From positions 107,037-171,036 of the forward strand of contig CAKPYT010000040.1 of assembly GCA_934203075.1 (NCBI GenBank): a DNA stretch of 64,000 bases. The letters run 5' to 3'. How positions within the stretch are numbered: the stretch's first letter is position 1; the number at the start of each line of letters is the position of its first letter. Both the position numbers and the translations under genes were made by a program. Under the pieces are notes generated by a model. The model worked only from the letters and a program-made list of their open reading frames with translations, had not been told where the DNA came from and made no database searches. This document shows positions 27,526-35,084 of this stretch, piece by piece. This stretch comes from an uncultured Clostridia bacterium. GTDB taxonomy: Bacteria > Bacillota > Clostridia > Christensenellales > CAG-314.

Positions 27526-27565
27526 AAAAAACCCGAACTCTTTTCGATCCGGAAAGAGTTCGGGG
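27526..27565 (-). terminator. Rho-independent terminator of the phosphodiesterase gene
   Basis: CCCGAACTCTTT / AAAGAGTTCGGG forms a perfect 12-bp stem. A T-run on the minus strand follows, 14 nt after the stop. Confidence 0.8.
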
Positions 27566-27578
27566 AAGGGAGAATTTG

Positions 27579-28112
27579 TTAAATGGGTTCCTCGGCAAGG
27601 AGATTGCCTGCCAGGTCTTTCAGAACAAGCGCGTCGTCCAGAATCAGATAACTGTGGGGCGTGCCGTTTTTGGGGAGGGAAAGGGATCCCGGGTTGGCGA
27701 AAAGTTTCCCGTTTTGGCGGAAGACTTCTCCGATATGCGTATGTCCGTACAGCAGAATGTCGAAAGTCGCTTCCGGCAGGTGTGTCGGGTTATACTTTTG
27801 CCCGTGGGAGGCAAAGATTTGCTTGCCTTGATGAGAAAAATAGAGAAAGGGCGCAAACGGAAACTCCGAAATCATTTCGTCGACTTCGGCATCGCAATTG
27901 CCTTTCACAACCAAAAGTTCGTTTTTCATTCCGTTCAGCAGGTCGCAGACCTCCCGTGGCCGGTAATCTTTCGGCAGAGGGTTGCGCGGCCCGTGATAGT
28001 ACAGGTCGCCGAGCAGAATCGTGAGATCCGGCTTTTCTTGCTTTACGATTCTTTGGAACTCTTTTGCGTAGTAAAAGGACCCGTGCAGGTCGGATGCTAC
28101 TAAATATTTCAT
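27579..28112 (-). CDS. yfcE: Metallophosphoesterase, YfcE/MJ0936-type phosphodiesterase
   Basis: MKYLVASDLHGS, GDLYYHGPRN, GNCD and GHTH motifs. A GGAGG RBS precedes the internal Met. The ORF-track start at 28142 is an extension. Confidence 0.85.
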   Translation of the reverse strand: MKYLVASDLHGSFYYAKEFQRIVKQEKPDLTILLGDLYYHGPRNPLPKDYRPREVCDLLNGMKNELLVVKGNCDAEVDEMISEFPFAPFLYFSHQGKQIFASHGQKYNPTHLPEATFDILLYGHTHIGEVFRQNGKLFANPGSLSLPKNGTPHSYLILDDALVLKDLAGNLLAEEPI

Positions 28113-28647
28113 AAAACCTCCCGCGTGCGGCTTACAAAACAAACCGTTTTACCTGCACGCTATGGCATCTGTGCGTGATTTGTTTTTCGTCGGTTCTTGA
28201 GGCCCCCTCGGCGAAGCATCTTGCGGATGCGGTTCCCCGTCGAGGGAAATCCGCTTGCTTCGGGCGTGTTCGTTTTTCCGTAAGAAAGTGCGGGGCGGAA
28301 AACGTTGGTTCCTGCTTTTTCGCTTTCGTTCGACACGACCCGCATTTTTTCGATGCGCCTTTTGTGCCAGAATCATAACGGCGGTGTCCGGGAAAAGTAT
28401 ATCACACGAGGAAAAGAAAAATCAATCGGAAACGCAAAATCGTCGGTTTGTTTTTTGCGGAAACCCGACGGAAAGAGAGAAGGGGCTCTCTCTTTGTTTC
28501 GGGTCTCCTTGCGGCAAAGGGAAGCGTCTCCGCGACAAAAGCGCATCCGGCAAAGAATTTCGTGTGAAAAAACGCGCCTTTCCTTGTTTGAAAACAAGAG
28601 AAAGGGAAACAATACGAAGGAAAAACGCAGGAAAGAGGTGGAAAACT

Positions 28648-29430
28648 ATGTGGATACAAAAAATGGCAGATCTGTGGAAAAGCTGGTCGGCTGATCTGGA
28701 AACGATTTACGTCGTTAGTTTTTTGGTTTTAGTCGGCTGTGTGGTTCTGGCGGTGGTGTTCGGCGCAAACGGCAAAGCCGTGCGTGCCATGCGAAAAACG
28801 AATCAGTACGTTCAAAAATGCATGCGGCGCAAGCGCACGGCAGATGCGGCGCGCGTACGGTTTCCGAAAGAAATGCAGCAAGGTTGGCGGAACTATCGGA
28901 ACTCCGTAAACAGATACCCGTCGGAATTTCTCGGCCTTACGCCCCGCGGCAGTAAAAACGCGGTGCTTGCGGTCGGCGGGGTGTTGACGTTGCTTTGCGG
29001 CGGACTGGTGACTTGTCGCTTGGCGGAAGGCGGAAGTTACGAAACGGCCTTGCCTTTGTTCGGATTGGCTATGGCAACGCTTGCGGCGCAGTGCCTGTTG
29101 TCGGTCATCGGGAAAGTGCGCAACTCCTATGTGAAAAGAACGTATGAAGTATACTGCCGCTCGGTAGATTATGTGTTCGGGCCTTCGAAACAAAACGAAA
29201 CGCCGGACGTCTGCCTGGATGCGGAAGTGGATGCCGCCGTGCAGGAAATCGAGGCTTTGAAAGCGGAAGAACCGAATGCCGCAAACAAGGTCGCGGCCAT
29301 TCTGAACGGCTTGCACAAACAACGTACGGTGGAGCAGCAGCGCAAACTGAACGTTGCTATGAACGGCCTGTTGCAGGTGCTTGCCGCACGTGCGGAAGAG
29401 CAGCGCAAAGGAACGACGACAACGGCGTAA
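28648..29430 (+). CDS. Hypothetical membrane protein
   Basis: ATG 28648 is preceded by GAAAGAGGTGG. Three hydrophobic segments and a helical C-terminal tail. The ORF-track start at 28255 runs through non-coding-looking sequence. Confidence 0.6.
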   Translation: MWIQKMADLWKSWSADLETIYVVSFLVLVGCVVLAVVFGANGKAVRAMRKTNQYVQKCMRRKRTADAARVRFPKEMQQGWRNYRNSVNRYPSEFLGLTPRGSKNAVLAVGGVLTLLCGGLVTCRLAEGGSYETALPLFGLAMATLAAQCLLSVIGKVRNSYVKRTYEVYCRSVDYVFGPSKQNETPDVCLDAEVDAAVQEIEALKAEEPNAANKVAAILNGLHKQRTVEQQRKLNVAMNGLLQVLAARAEEQRKGTTTTA

Positions 29431-29580
29431 CAAACGGGGCGTCGGCGCTGCGGCATAGTGTTTTTTGCGGGGTGCTTGAGAAGATCCTTCGGGAGAACCC
29501 CTCCGCAAAGGCAATAAGCAAGGGGAAAATCACCTCCGCGTTCCGGTGGAGGGCAAAAAAACCGATTTTTTTTGAAAAGC

Positions 29581-29610
29581 AAAAAAGCAGTACGCAAGGT
29601 ACTGCTTTTT
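29581..29610. terminator. Bidirectional rho-independent terminator
   Basis: AGCAGTAC-GCAAG-GTACTGCT stem-loop between an A-run and a T-run, between convergent genes. Confidence 0.8.
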
Positions 29611-29688
29611 AATTGTTTTTCAGCGGGGCGAAAGACTTCTTTGCCCGAAGAAACCTGTGATCCAAAGGTTGCGGATCCAAAGGTCCGG

Positions 29689-31713
29689 TTATTTCTGTCC
29701 GGATTTCTTTTTTCCGGAAAGAAGAAAGTATGCCGCTAAAACGATCGCAACGGCGGGCAGAATCAACAACCACAGCAGGGGATTGTTTTGTTCCGTCCCG
29801 GGGGCCGCCTGCGACTCGATCGTAAAATAAGTTTCGGCGGTTCCGTCTTCCGAAAGAACGCAAAGGGTGTGTTTGCCTGCCGAAAGAGTTTTCAAAAAGG
29901 CGGATTTCAAAATTATTTTCTTGCCGTCGTTTTGCCTTTCGTATTTTGTTTCGTCCAGAGAGATGCCGTCCACCGAGATCCCGCGGAATTTGGAAGCAGT
30001 AACGTTTGTCGTGAACGACAATCCTTCGTCGCTATCGGCAGAATACTTGCCGTTTTGCCCTTCCAGAATTGCAGGAACCACTTTCACGTCGGTGCGGACG
30101 TGTCCGCAAACGTTGCAGTCCGCATCGTAATCGTCGTCGTAAACGTGGTCGGTCATGGGTAGGGTGATTTGCTCGGTCAGAACCGCATGGCAGACGGAAC
30201 AGTGTTTGCCTTCGGTCAGGCCCGTTTTCGTGCAGGTTGCGGCAACCGCTTCATCCACGATTTCGGTGTGCGTCACCGCCCATCTGGCGTAAAAGGTTTT
30301 GTCGCCCGTGTCGGTGGCGGAGATGCCGGTTACTTTTTCGCCTTCCGTTTCCGCTGTATACCAGCCGTCGAAACGGGAGCAGAGTCTGGTCCAGTCGTCC
30401 GGAAGTGTCGCGCCGACGCCGTAAGTATATTGCGTCACGTTCGTACCGCTTCCGCCAAAGCCGTTCAGCGTAACGGTGTATGTAGCCGCTTCCCACACGG
30501 GAACAAGCGTTTCGTAGTCGTTCATCACGATTTCGGTCAGAATTTCTCCCGTCGTGTCGCCCTTTCTTGCCCAGCCTTTCAGCGTGTACCCCGTTTTCGT
30601 GAGTTCGGCAGGGGAGGAAATCGTCACACTGCTGCCGGAAAGATAGGAGGTGCTTTTTAGAATATTACCGCTGTCGTCTTCGTAGGTCAGCGTATAGTAT
30701 CTGATATTGATACTTGCATTGGTTGCGTGTTTTAAACTGCTGTTGGCCGCATCGTACCCCAACTTGACTGCCGTTTCCGTTCCGTCAACGAAAACGCGGT
30801 ACTTTCTTCCGTCCATCACAAGAGAGGGGGAGGAAAGCAAGTAAACACCGCTTTCGCTTTCCGATTCCGCTAACGTATACGTTTCGTTTGCGTCATCGTC
30901 GTTCTGCAGGGTTACGGTCCTGCCGGACCAGATTCTGCCGCCTTTGGTCACTTTCACGCGTGCGGTGGATTTGATTTCTCCCACGGTAAAATCGCAGGAA
31001 GCGTACATCTGACCGGAATACTTTTCGTTGTACTGTTTTGCGGCCCAGAACCCGAAGTATTTCTGGATGGCGGCGGTGCTGGAGGTATTGTTTTCGTAGG
31101 TAACTTCATAGGTCGCCGTAAGCGGATCGTCGCTGTTTTCAATGAATCCCGAAATCACGTTGTTATGAATCTGGTTTCCTTCCGCATCGCAAACGTAGCC
31201 CGGCGTCGGGTCGCTGCTGACCGGCAGATGAAAGCAGGCGGTGTTGTCCAATTGGGATCCGCTGCTCTGTTCAAATAACTGAAAGGTCATTTTCGTTGTC
31301 GTATCCGCATCGGAAAGCGTTTTGATTCCGCGAACGGAGAAATTGTATTTTACCGTGGCGGTAGTGTACGCGGGCAGTTGCACGTACGTAAGAATCGGCA
31401 GATAGCGAAGTTCCAGAGATTTGGTTAAACTGCTGCGTATCACAAAGTTGACTCCGTTGGTGATTTTCAATTGCGTTGAACCGGTGGTGGTTTCCGCATT
31501 GCTTTCCGTACCGTAGGAAAGAAGGCTCTTTTCCGACCCGTCCAACGCCCATGCGGCAACGTTTGCCCCGGCCATTACGATACTCGCTTGTTCGCCTGCC
31601 CATGCGGAATCGGTCGAAGCTTCTGCAACGACGGGCGAGTACAAGACGTCTGCCACAACGCTTGCAAAAAACGCGCAAAGGATAGTCATGGCTACAATAA
31701 ACTTTTTCAACAC
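29689..31713 (-). CDS. Cell-surface protein with Listeria-Bacteroides-type repeats and a C-terminal membrane anchor
   Basis: GTG start at 31713 after an AAGGAG RBS, then a signal peptide. Two ~70-aa repeats (TGYTLKGW..., RFDGWYT...FYARW), a Cys/His-rich segment (HCSVCHAV...CNVCGH) and a terminal TM helix followed by KKKSGQK. Confidence 0.75.
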   Translation of the reverse strand: MLKKFIVAMTILCAFFASVVADVLYSPVVAEASTDSAWAGEQASIVMAGANVAAWALDGSEKSLLSYGTESNAETTTGSTQLKITNGVNFVIRSSLTKSLELRYLPILTYVQLPAYTTATVKYNFSVRGIKTLSDADTTTKMTFQLFEQSSGSQLDNTACFHLPVSSDPTPGYVCDAEGNQIHNNVISGFIENSDDPLTATYEVTYENNTSSTAAIQKYFGFWAAKQYNEKYSGQMYASCDFTVGEIKSTARVKVTKGGRIWSGRTVTLQNDDDANETYTLAESESESGVYLLSSPSLVMDGRKYRVFVDGTETAVKLGYDAANSSLKHATNASINIRYYTLTYEDDSGNILKSTSYLSGSSVTISSPAELTKTGYTLKGWARKGDTTGEILTEIVMNDYETLVPVWEAATYTVTLNGFGGSGTNVTQYTYGVGATLPDDWTRLCSRFDGWYTAETEGEKVTGISATDTGDKTFYARWAVTHTEIVDEAVAATCTKTGLTEGKHCSVCHAVLTEQITLPMTDHVYDDDYDADCNVCGHVRTDVKVVPAILEGQNGKYSADSDEGLSFTTNVTASKFRGISVDGISLDETKYERQNDGKKIILKSAFLKTLSAGKHTLCVLSEDGTAETYFTIESQAAPGTEQNNPLLWLLILPAVAIVLAAYFLLSGKKKSGQK

Positions 31714-31785
31714 TTTTAATCTCCTTATCAGAATATTTTCTGCCGGAAACAAGGTCCCGCTGCCAAAGGCGCTCGCGCCCCGGTC

Positions 31786-31846
31786 TTGACAGAAGTAAGG
31801 CAGTATTATACTATATTCATTATACTTCGTTCACCTATGAACGAAG
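31786..31846 (+). promoter_or_regulatory. Promoter region of the MerR-family gene with downstream 9-bp inverted repeat
   Basis: TTGACA at 31786. Candidate -10 elements are TACTAT (17-nt spacer) or TATATT (20-nt spacer). The palindrome CTTCGTTCA-CCTA-TGAACGAAG lies at 31825..31846. Confidence 0.45.
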
Positions 31847-31865
31847 CAACGGTTTGGGAGAAAAA

Positions 31866-32741
31866 ATGGAAGATAAGAAAAAAAGATTGTTTCAGATCAC
31901 CGAAGCGGCTCGGGCGTGCGGCGTTTCCAGAAGCACGCTGATGAGAATGGAAAAGTGCGGGCTTTTAACGCCCGCTTACGTTGCGGAGGACAGCGGTCGC
32001 AGATATTACGATAATTTCAATGTCGCACACGTTTTGCAGGTGCAAAAATTCCGTACCATGGGGCTGAACAAAGAGGAGATTCTACAGTATTACGAAAGCG
32101 GCGGGCAGGTGACGGAAGCGCTTGCCACGCTGGAAAGGAAACTGTTCGAGTTGCAGCGCGGGGTGGAGGAATTGCGGTTGCGCGCCGGATCTGCCGGGAG
32201 TCTGTCCGTCAGTATTATGACTCTGCCGGAAACGGTTTGCTGTATGCACCGTGCGATCGGCCGCACGGTGCAGGATAAATACAACGCCATGTTCGATTTC
32301 TACGGCGAGTGCGTTCGTAAAGGTTTTCTCTTATCGGAGGAGCCCATTTTTGCCATTTCCGAGCGGAGCGATTATCTGCACGGGGATATCGGCCGGGGGG
32401 ATTTTCCTTTTTACGTGTGTGTGCCCGTAAAAAAGAAGACGGCAGAAAGTGTCACGCTGCCCGCCTGCAAAGTATTGTCGGTTCTGTATTACGGCGATTA
32501 CGACGGGGTAGATCAGGCATGGCTGACGCTTGGGGCAGAGGTGAAAAAACGCGGCCTGCGTCCCGTCGGTTCGCCGCGCGTACTTGGCATCGTTGCCCCG
32601 TATACGGGGAAAGAAATCGGAGTCAAACGGTATTGTCATCGTTTTGTCGTCCCCGTGGAGGAAATAGCGGAGGGCACCCCGGAACACGAGAAACGGCAGG
32701 AAAACGCGAAGGCGAAAGAAGGGAAGGAAAAACAGGGATAA
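31866..32741 (+). CDS. MerR-family transcriptional regulator with GyrI-like effector-binding domain
   Basis: HTH FQITEAARACGVSRSTLMRMEKCGLL..RRYY, a coiled linker and a ~150-aa C-terminal GyrI-like part. Confidence 0.85.
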   Translation: MEDKKKRLFQITEAARACGVSRSTLMRMEKCGLLTPAYVAEDSGRRYYDNFNVAHVLQVQKFRTMGLNKEEILQYYESGGQVTEALATLERKLFELQRGVEELRLRAGSAGSLSVSIMTLPETVCCMHRAIGRTVQDKYNAMFDFYGECVRKGFLLSEEPIFAISERSDYLHGDIGRGDFPFYVCVPVKKKTAESVTLPACKVLSVLYYGDYDGVDQAWLTLGAEVKKRGLRPVGSPRVLGIVAPYTGKEIGVKRYCHRFVVPVEEIAEGTPEHEKRQENAKAKEGKEKQG

Positions 32742-32765
32742 AAGGAAAACGGGAAAAAGTAAAGA

Positions 32766-32803
32766 AAAGAGAGAAGGCTTTTGCAAAAGCCTTCTCTCTT
32801 TTG
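32766..32803. terminator. Bidirectional terminator (perfect palindrome)
   Basis: AGAGAGAAGGCTTTTG / CAAAAGCCTTCTCTCT is flanked by A and T runs, between convergent genes. Confidence 0.85.
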
Positions 32804-32840
32804 TTTTTTTGTATTGGGTCTCGTCTGGCAATTCCTCTTT

Positions 32841-33383
32841 TCAGGATTGGGCCACCCCTTTGCGGATCGCAGCCTGTATGCCCCGTACGACCAGGCAGCT
32901 GGTTGCCGTCGCTCCGGACATCGGGCTGAGTCCGTCGATGGAGCCGCCGTCCCAATGGTCGGAAGGATTCTGCGGGTCATTGACCTTCAGTTCCATAATT
33001 TCGTCCAGAGAAAGGGCCATGATGCGGTTCAAAAAGTCTTGTGCTTCCGGCTGCAATTCGTAGTCCGCCGTGTGCTGTTGTTCGCCGGTCTTGCCGCTTT
33101 TGTTCCATTTGCCTTCCGTCCCGCCGACTTTCACAAATCCGTCCGTCGTGGGTACGGTTTCAAAATCGATCGCCGTGATTTTATTGTTTGCTACCGTAAT
33201 GATCACGTTTGCATCCGGTCCGTCTCCGCCGTGAAAAGCGGCTTGCTGACCGTAACCGACGTAGGTTCCGTCTTTCAGTACGTATTTTGCGGTAGGGTTT
33301 TCCGGCTGCTGCTGCGGAGTGCATGCAACAAAGCAAGCACAAACCAGAACTAGCGCGAGAGCCAGTAAAATCGTTTTTTTCAT
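32841..33383 (-). CDS. FMN_bind-domain lipoprotein A
   Basis: Lipobox FVAC and the C-terminal flavinylation-type motif MSGATATS. Confidence 0.75.
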   Translation of the reverse strand: MKKTILLALALVLVCACFVACTPQQQPENPTAKYVLKDGTYVGYGQQAAFHGGDGPDANVIITVANNKITAIDFETVPTTDGFVKVGGTEGKWNKSGKTGEQQHTADYELQPEAQDFLNRIMALSLDEIMELKVNDPQNPSDHWDGGSIDGLSPMSGATATSCLVVRGIQAAIRKGVAQS

Positions 33384-33509
33384 TGTTTTGTTCCTCCGTA
33401 ATCAAGAATTACTCGTAACCGAGCGGGTTGACTTTATTATAGAGAGTTCGCGTTGCTTTGTCAAGGTACGCATTGGTGTTTTTGAGAGGCGGGCGAAAGG
33501 GGAAAGAGC

Positions 33510-33541
33510 AAAAAAAGACCGACGGAGGGATCCCCGTCGGT
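33510..33541 (-). terminator. Rho-independent terminator of FMN_bind lipoprotein B
   Basis: ACCGACGG / CCGTCGGT stem followed by a T-run on the minus strand. Confidence 0.7.
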
Positions 33542-33575
33542 TTCGGTATCGCTGGCGTAAGAAAAGAGATTTTTC

Positions 33576-34016
33576 TTAGTTTGTTTTTGCTTTGGAAATC
33601 GCATTCTGCACGGCTTTGATGAAAGCTTCGCTGCTCACCGTTGCACCGCTTACGTGCGGAGTCACCTGTTTTGCGGAGGTCACTTCAATGGCTTCGATGT
33701 CCGCCGGGGTTTTCTGCAGCAAAAGATTGATAAAATTGCTTTGCTCAGTTTCCCACTTCGCATAGCTGGAGCCGTGTACCGGGTCGGCAATCACGTCGAT
33801 TCTCTTCAATTTGCCGTTTTCGATGGTGACGCGCACGGTTCCGCTCACCGTGGAGCCCTGCACCTGGCTTTCGCTGGTGCCTACCCCCGTAAACGTTCCG
33901 TCTTTATAGGCAGAAGAGGGTGCCGGGGTCGGATCCTCCGGATCTTTCGGCGAGCAGGCAACAAGACCGACGCAAAGCAGAGCGAGCGTCAGAATTAAAA
34001 TCAATGTTCTTTTCAT
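33576..34016 (-). CDS. FMN_bind-domain lipoprotein B
   Basis: Start at MKRTLILIL, lipobox LVAC, motif VSGATVSS. The ORF-track start at 34079 is an extension. Confidence 0.75.
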   Translation of the reverse strand: MKRTLILILTLALLCVGLVACSPKDPEDPTPAPSSAYKDGTFTGVGTSESQVQGSTVSGTVRVTIENGKLKRIDVIADPVHGSSYAKWETEQSNFINLLLQKTPADIEAIEVTSAKQVTPHVSGATVSSEAFIKAVQNAISKAKTN

Positions 34017-34151
34017 GGTGTCCTCCGTAGAGCAGGTTTTTTGCTCTTTATTATATAGTATCGATTTATTATTGAACAAAACGTAGGGTTTGTCAAGAGC
34101 GATTTTTCTTTTTTTGCAGTCGTTTTGCGTTTCCTAAAAACAAAGGGCACG

Positions 34152-34182
34152 AAAAAAAGCACGTCGGGGAACCCGGACGTGC
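34152..34182 (-). terminator. Rho-independent terminator of FMN_bind-like lipoprotein C
   Basis: GCACGTC...GACGTGC stem with an inner CGGG/CCCG pairing, followed by a T-run on the minus strand. Confidence 0.7.
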
Positions 34183-34216
34183 TCGTTTCGGAAAAGCAGC
34201 GGAATCGTTGCTGATT

Positions 34217-34639
34217 TTACAGTGCGTCCTGCACGGCAAGAACCAACGCTGCGCTGTAGGACCATGCCCCGGAAATGCACAGATCCGAATCGCCAAAATC
34301 TTTGGCGTTAGCGTCAACCGCTTTGATATCCGCAATGCTCATAGCGGCAAGTTTTTGCAGAAGTGCGTCTTTGCCGTCTTCCCATTCCTTGTTCGTGGAA
34401 CTTCCGCTGACGTTCCCTCCGGAAACGGTCGGTCCGCCGGAGATGACGATTTTGGTGATTTTATCTTCGGAGAGATGCACTTGTACCTTTATTTCGCAGG
34501 TGCTGGTGCTCGAAGTAAAGGTGCCTGTCCCGGCATAAATGCCGTTTTGGTATTCTTGTGCGGGTGCGCACGCCGTAAAGCAGAAAAGTGCGGCAAGCAA
34601 CAACACGGAAAGCACAAAGAAAATGCGGGATTGTTTCAT
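34217..34639 (-). CDS. FMN_bind-like lipoprotein C (flavinylation Thr replaced by Trp)
   Basis: Lipobox FTAC and the same domain layout as A and B, but the motif reads ISGAWSYS. Confidence 0.65.
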   Translation of the reverse strand: MKQSRIFFVLSVLLLAALFCFTACAPAQEYQNGIYAGTGTFTSSTSTCEIKVQVHLSEDKITKIVISGGPTVSGGNVSGSSTNKEWEDGKDALLQKLAAMSIADIKAVDANAKDFGDSDLCISGAWSYSAALVLAVQDAL

Positions 34640-34910
34640 AAAAGCCTCCTTCGGTTCCGCTTTTTGCGGAACGGTGAAATTATATTCATATTATACTGTG
34701 TTTTTGTATTTTTTTCAACAGATAAAAAATTTTTTCGAAGGAATTTTGCACACGAAGGCTCTGTGTTTCGATCCGGAAAACGAGATCTTCAAAAAATGAC
34801 GAAAAGAGCCAAAAAAGCAAGGAAAACAAATGGGTTTCGTCGATTTTCGTCGCAAAGACAAAAGGAGAAAGAGGCACTTTCGTATGATAGAGCGGTAGAG
34901 TAATAAACAC

Positions 34911-34939
34911 TTGACATCGAGGTTTTCAACCCTTATAAT
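34911..34939 (+). promoter_or_regulatory. Consensus sigma-A promoter of the Opp/Dpp-type operon
   Basis: TTGACA, exactly 17 nt, TATAAT. The ATG follows ~145 nt downstream. Confidence 0.75.
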
Positions 34940-35084
34940 TATTTTGTATCATCAGCATTGCCTCTAAGTGTAACGTTTGCACGTTTGGCGCTTTTCGCTG
35001 CGTGCGCCGAGGGGGCTCCTTTCGGTACGAACGGGGCAGAAGTTACAGTTAAGGGCAGTGATTTAATTGAGGAGGATAAAGTAC

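Noticed and set aside
28255-28647. N-terminal 131 codons of ORF 28255..29430.
   Set aside because: The translation is Arg/Lys/Phe-rich nonsense running through hairpin-rich intergenic DNA. A good RBS and ATG at 28648 start the hydrophobic, coding-like part.
34940-35084. Known riboswitch or T-box in the Opp/Dpp operon leader.
   Set aside because: I could not find a T-box sequence, a specifier loop, or the conserved cores of the cobalamin, NiCo, c-di-GMP or other riboswitches I can recall. It is kept only as an unexplained long leader.
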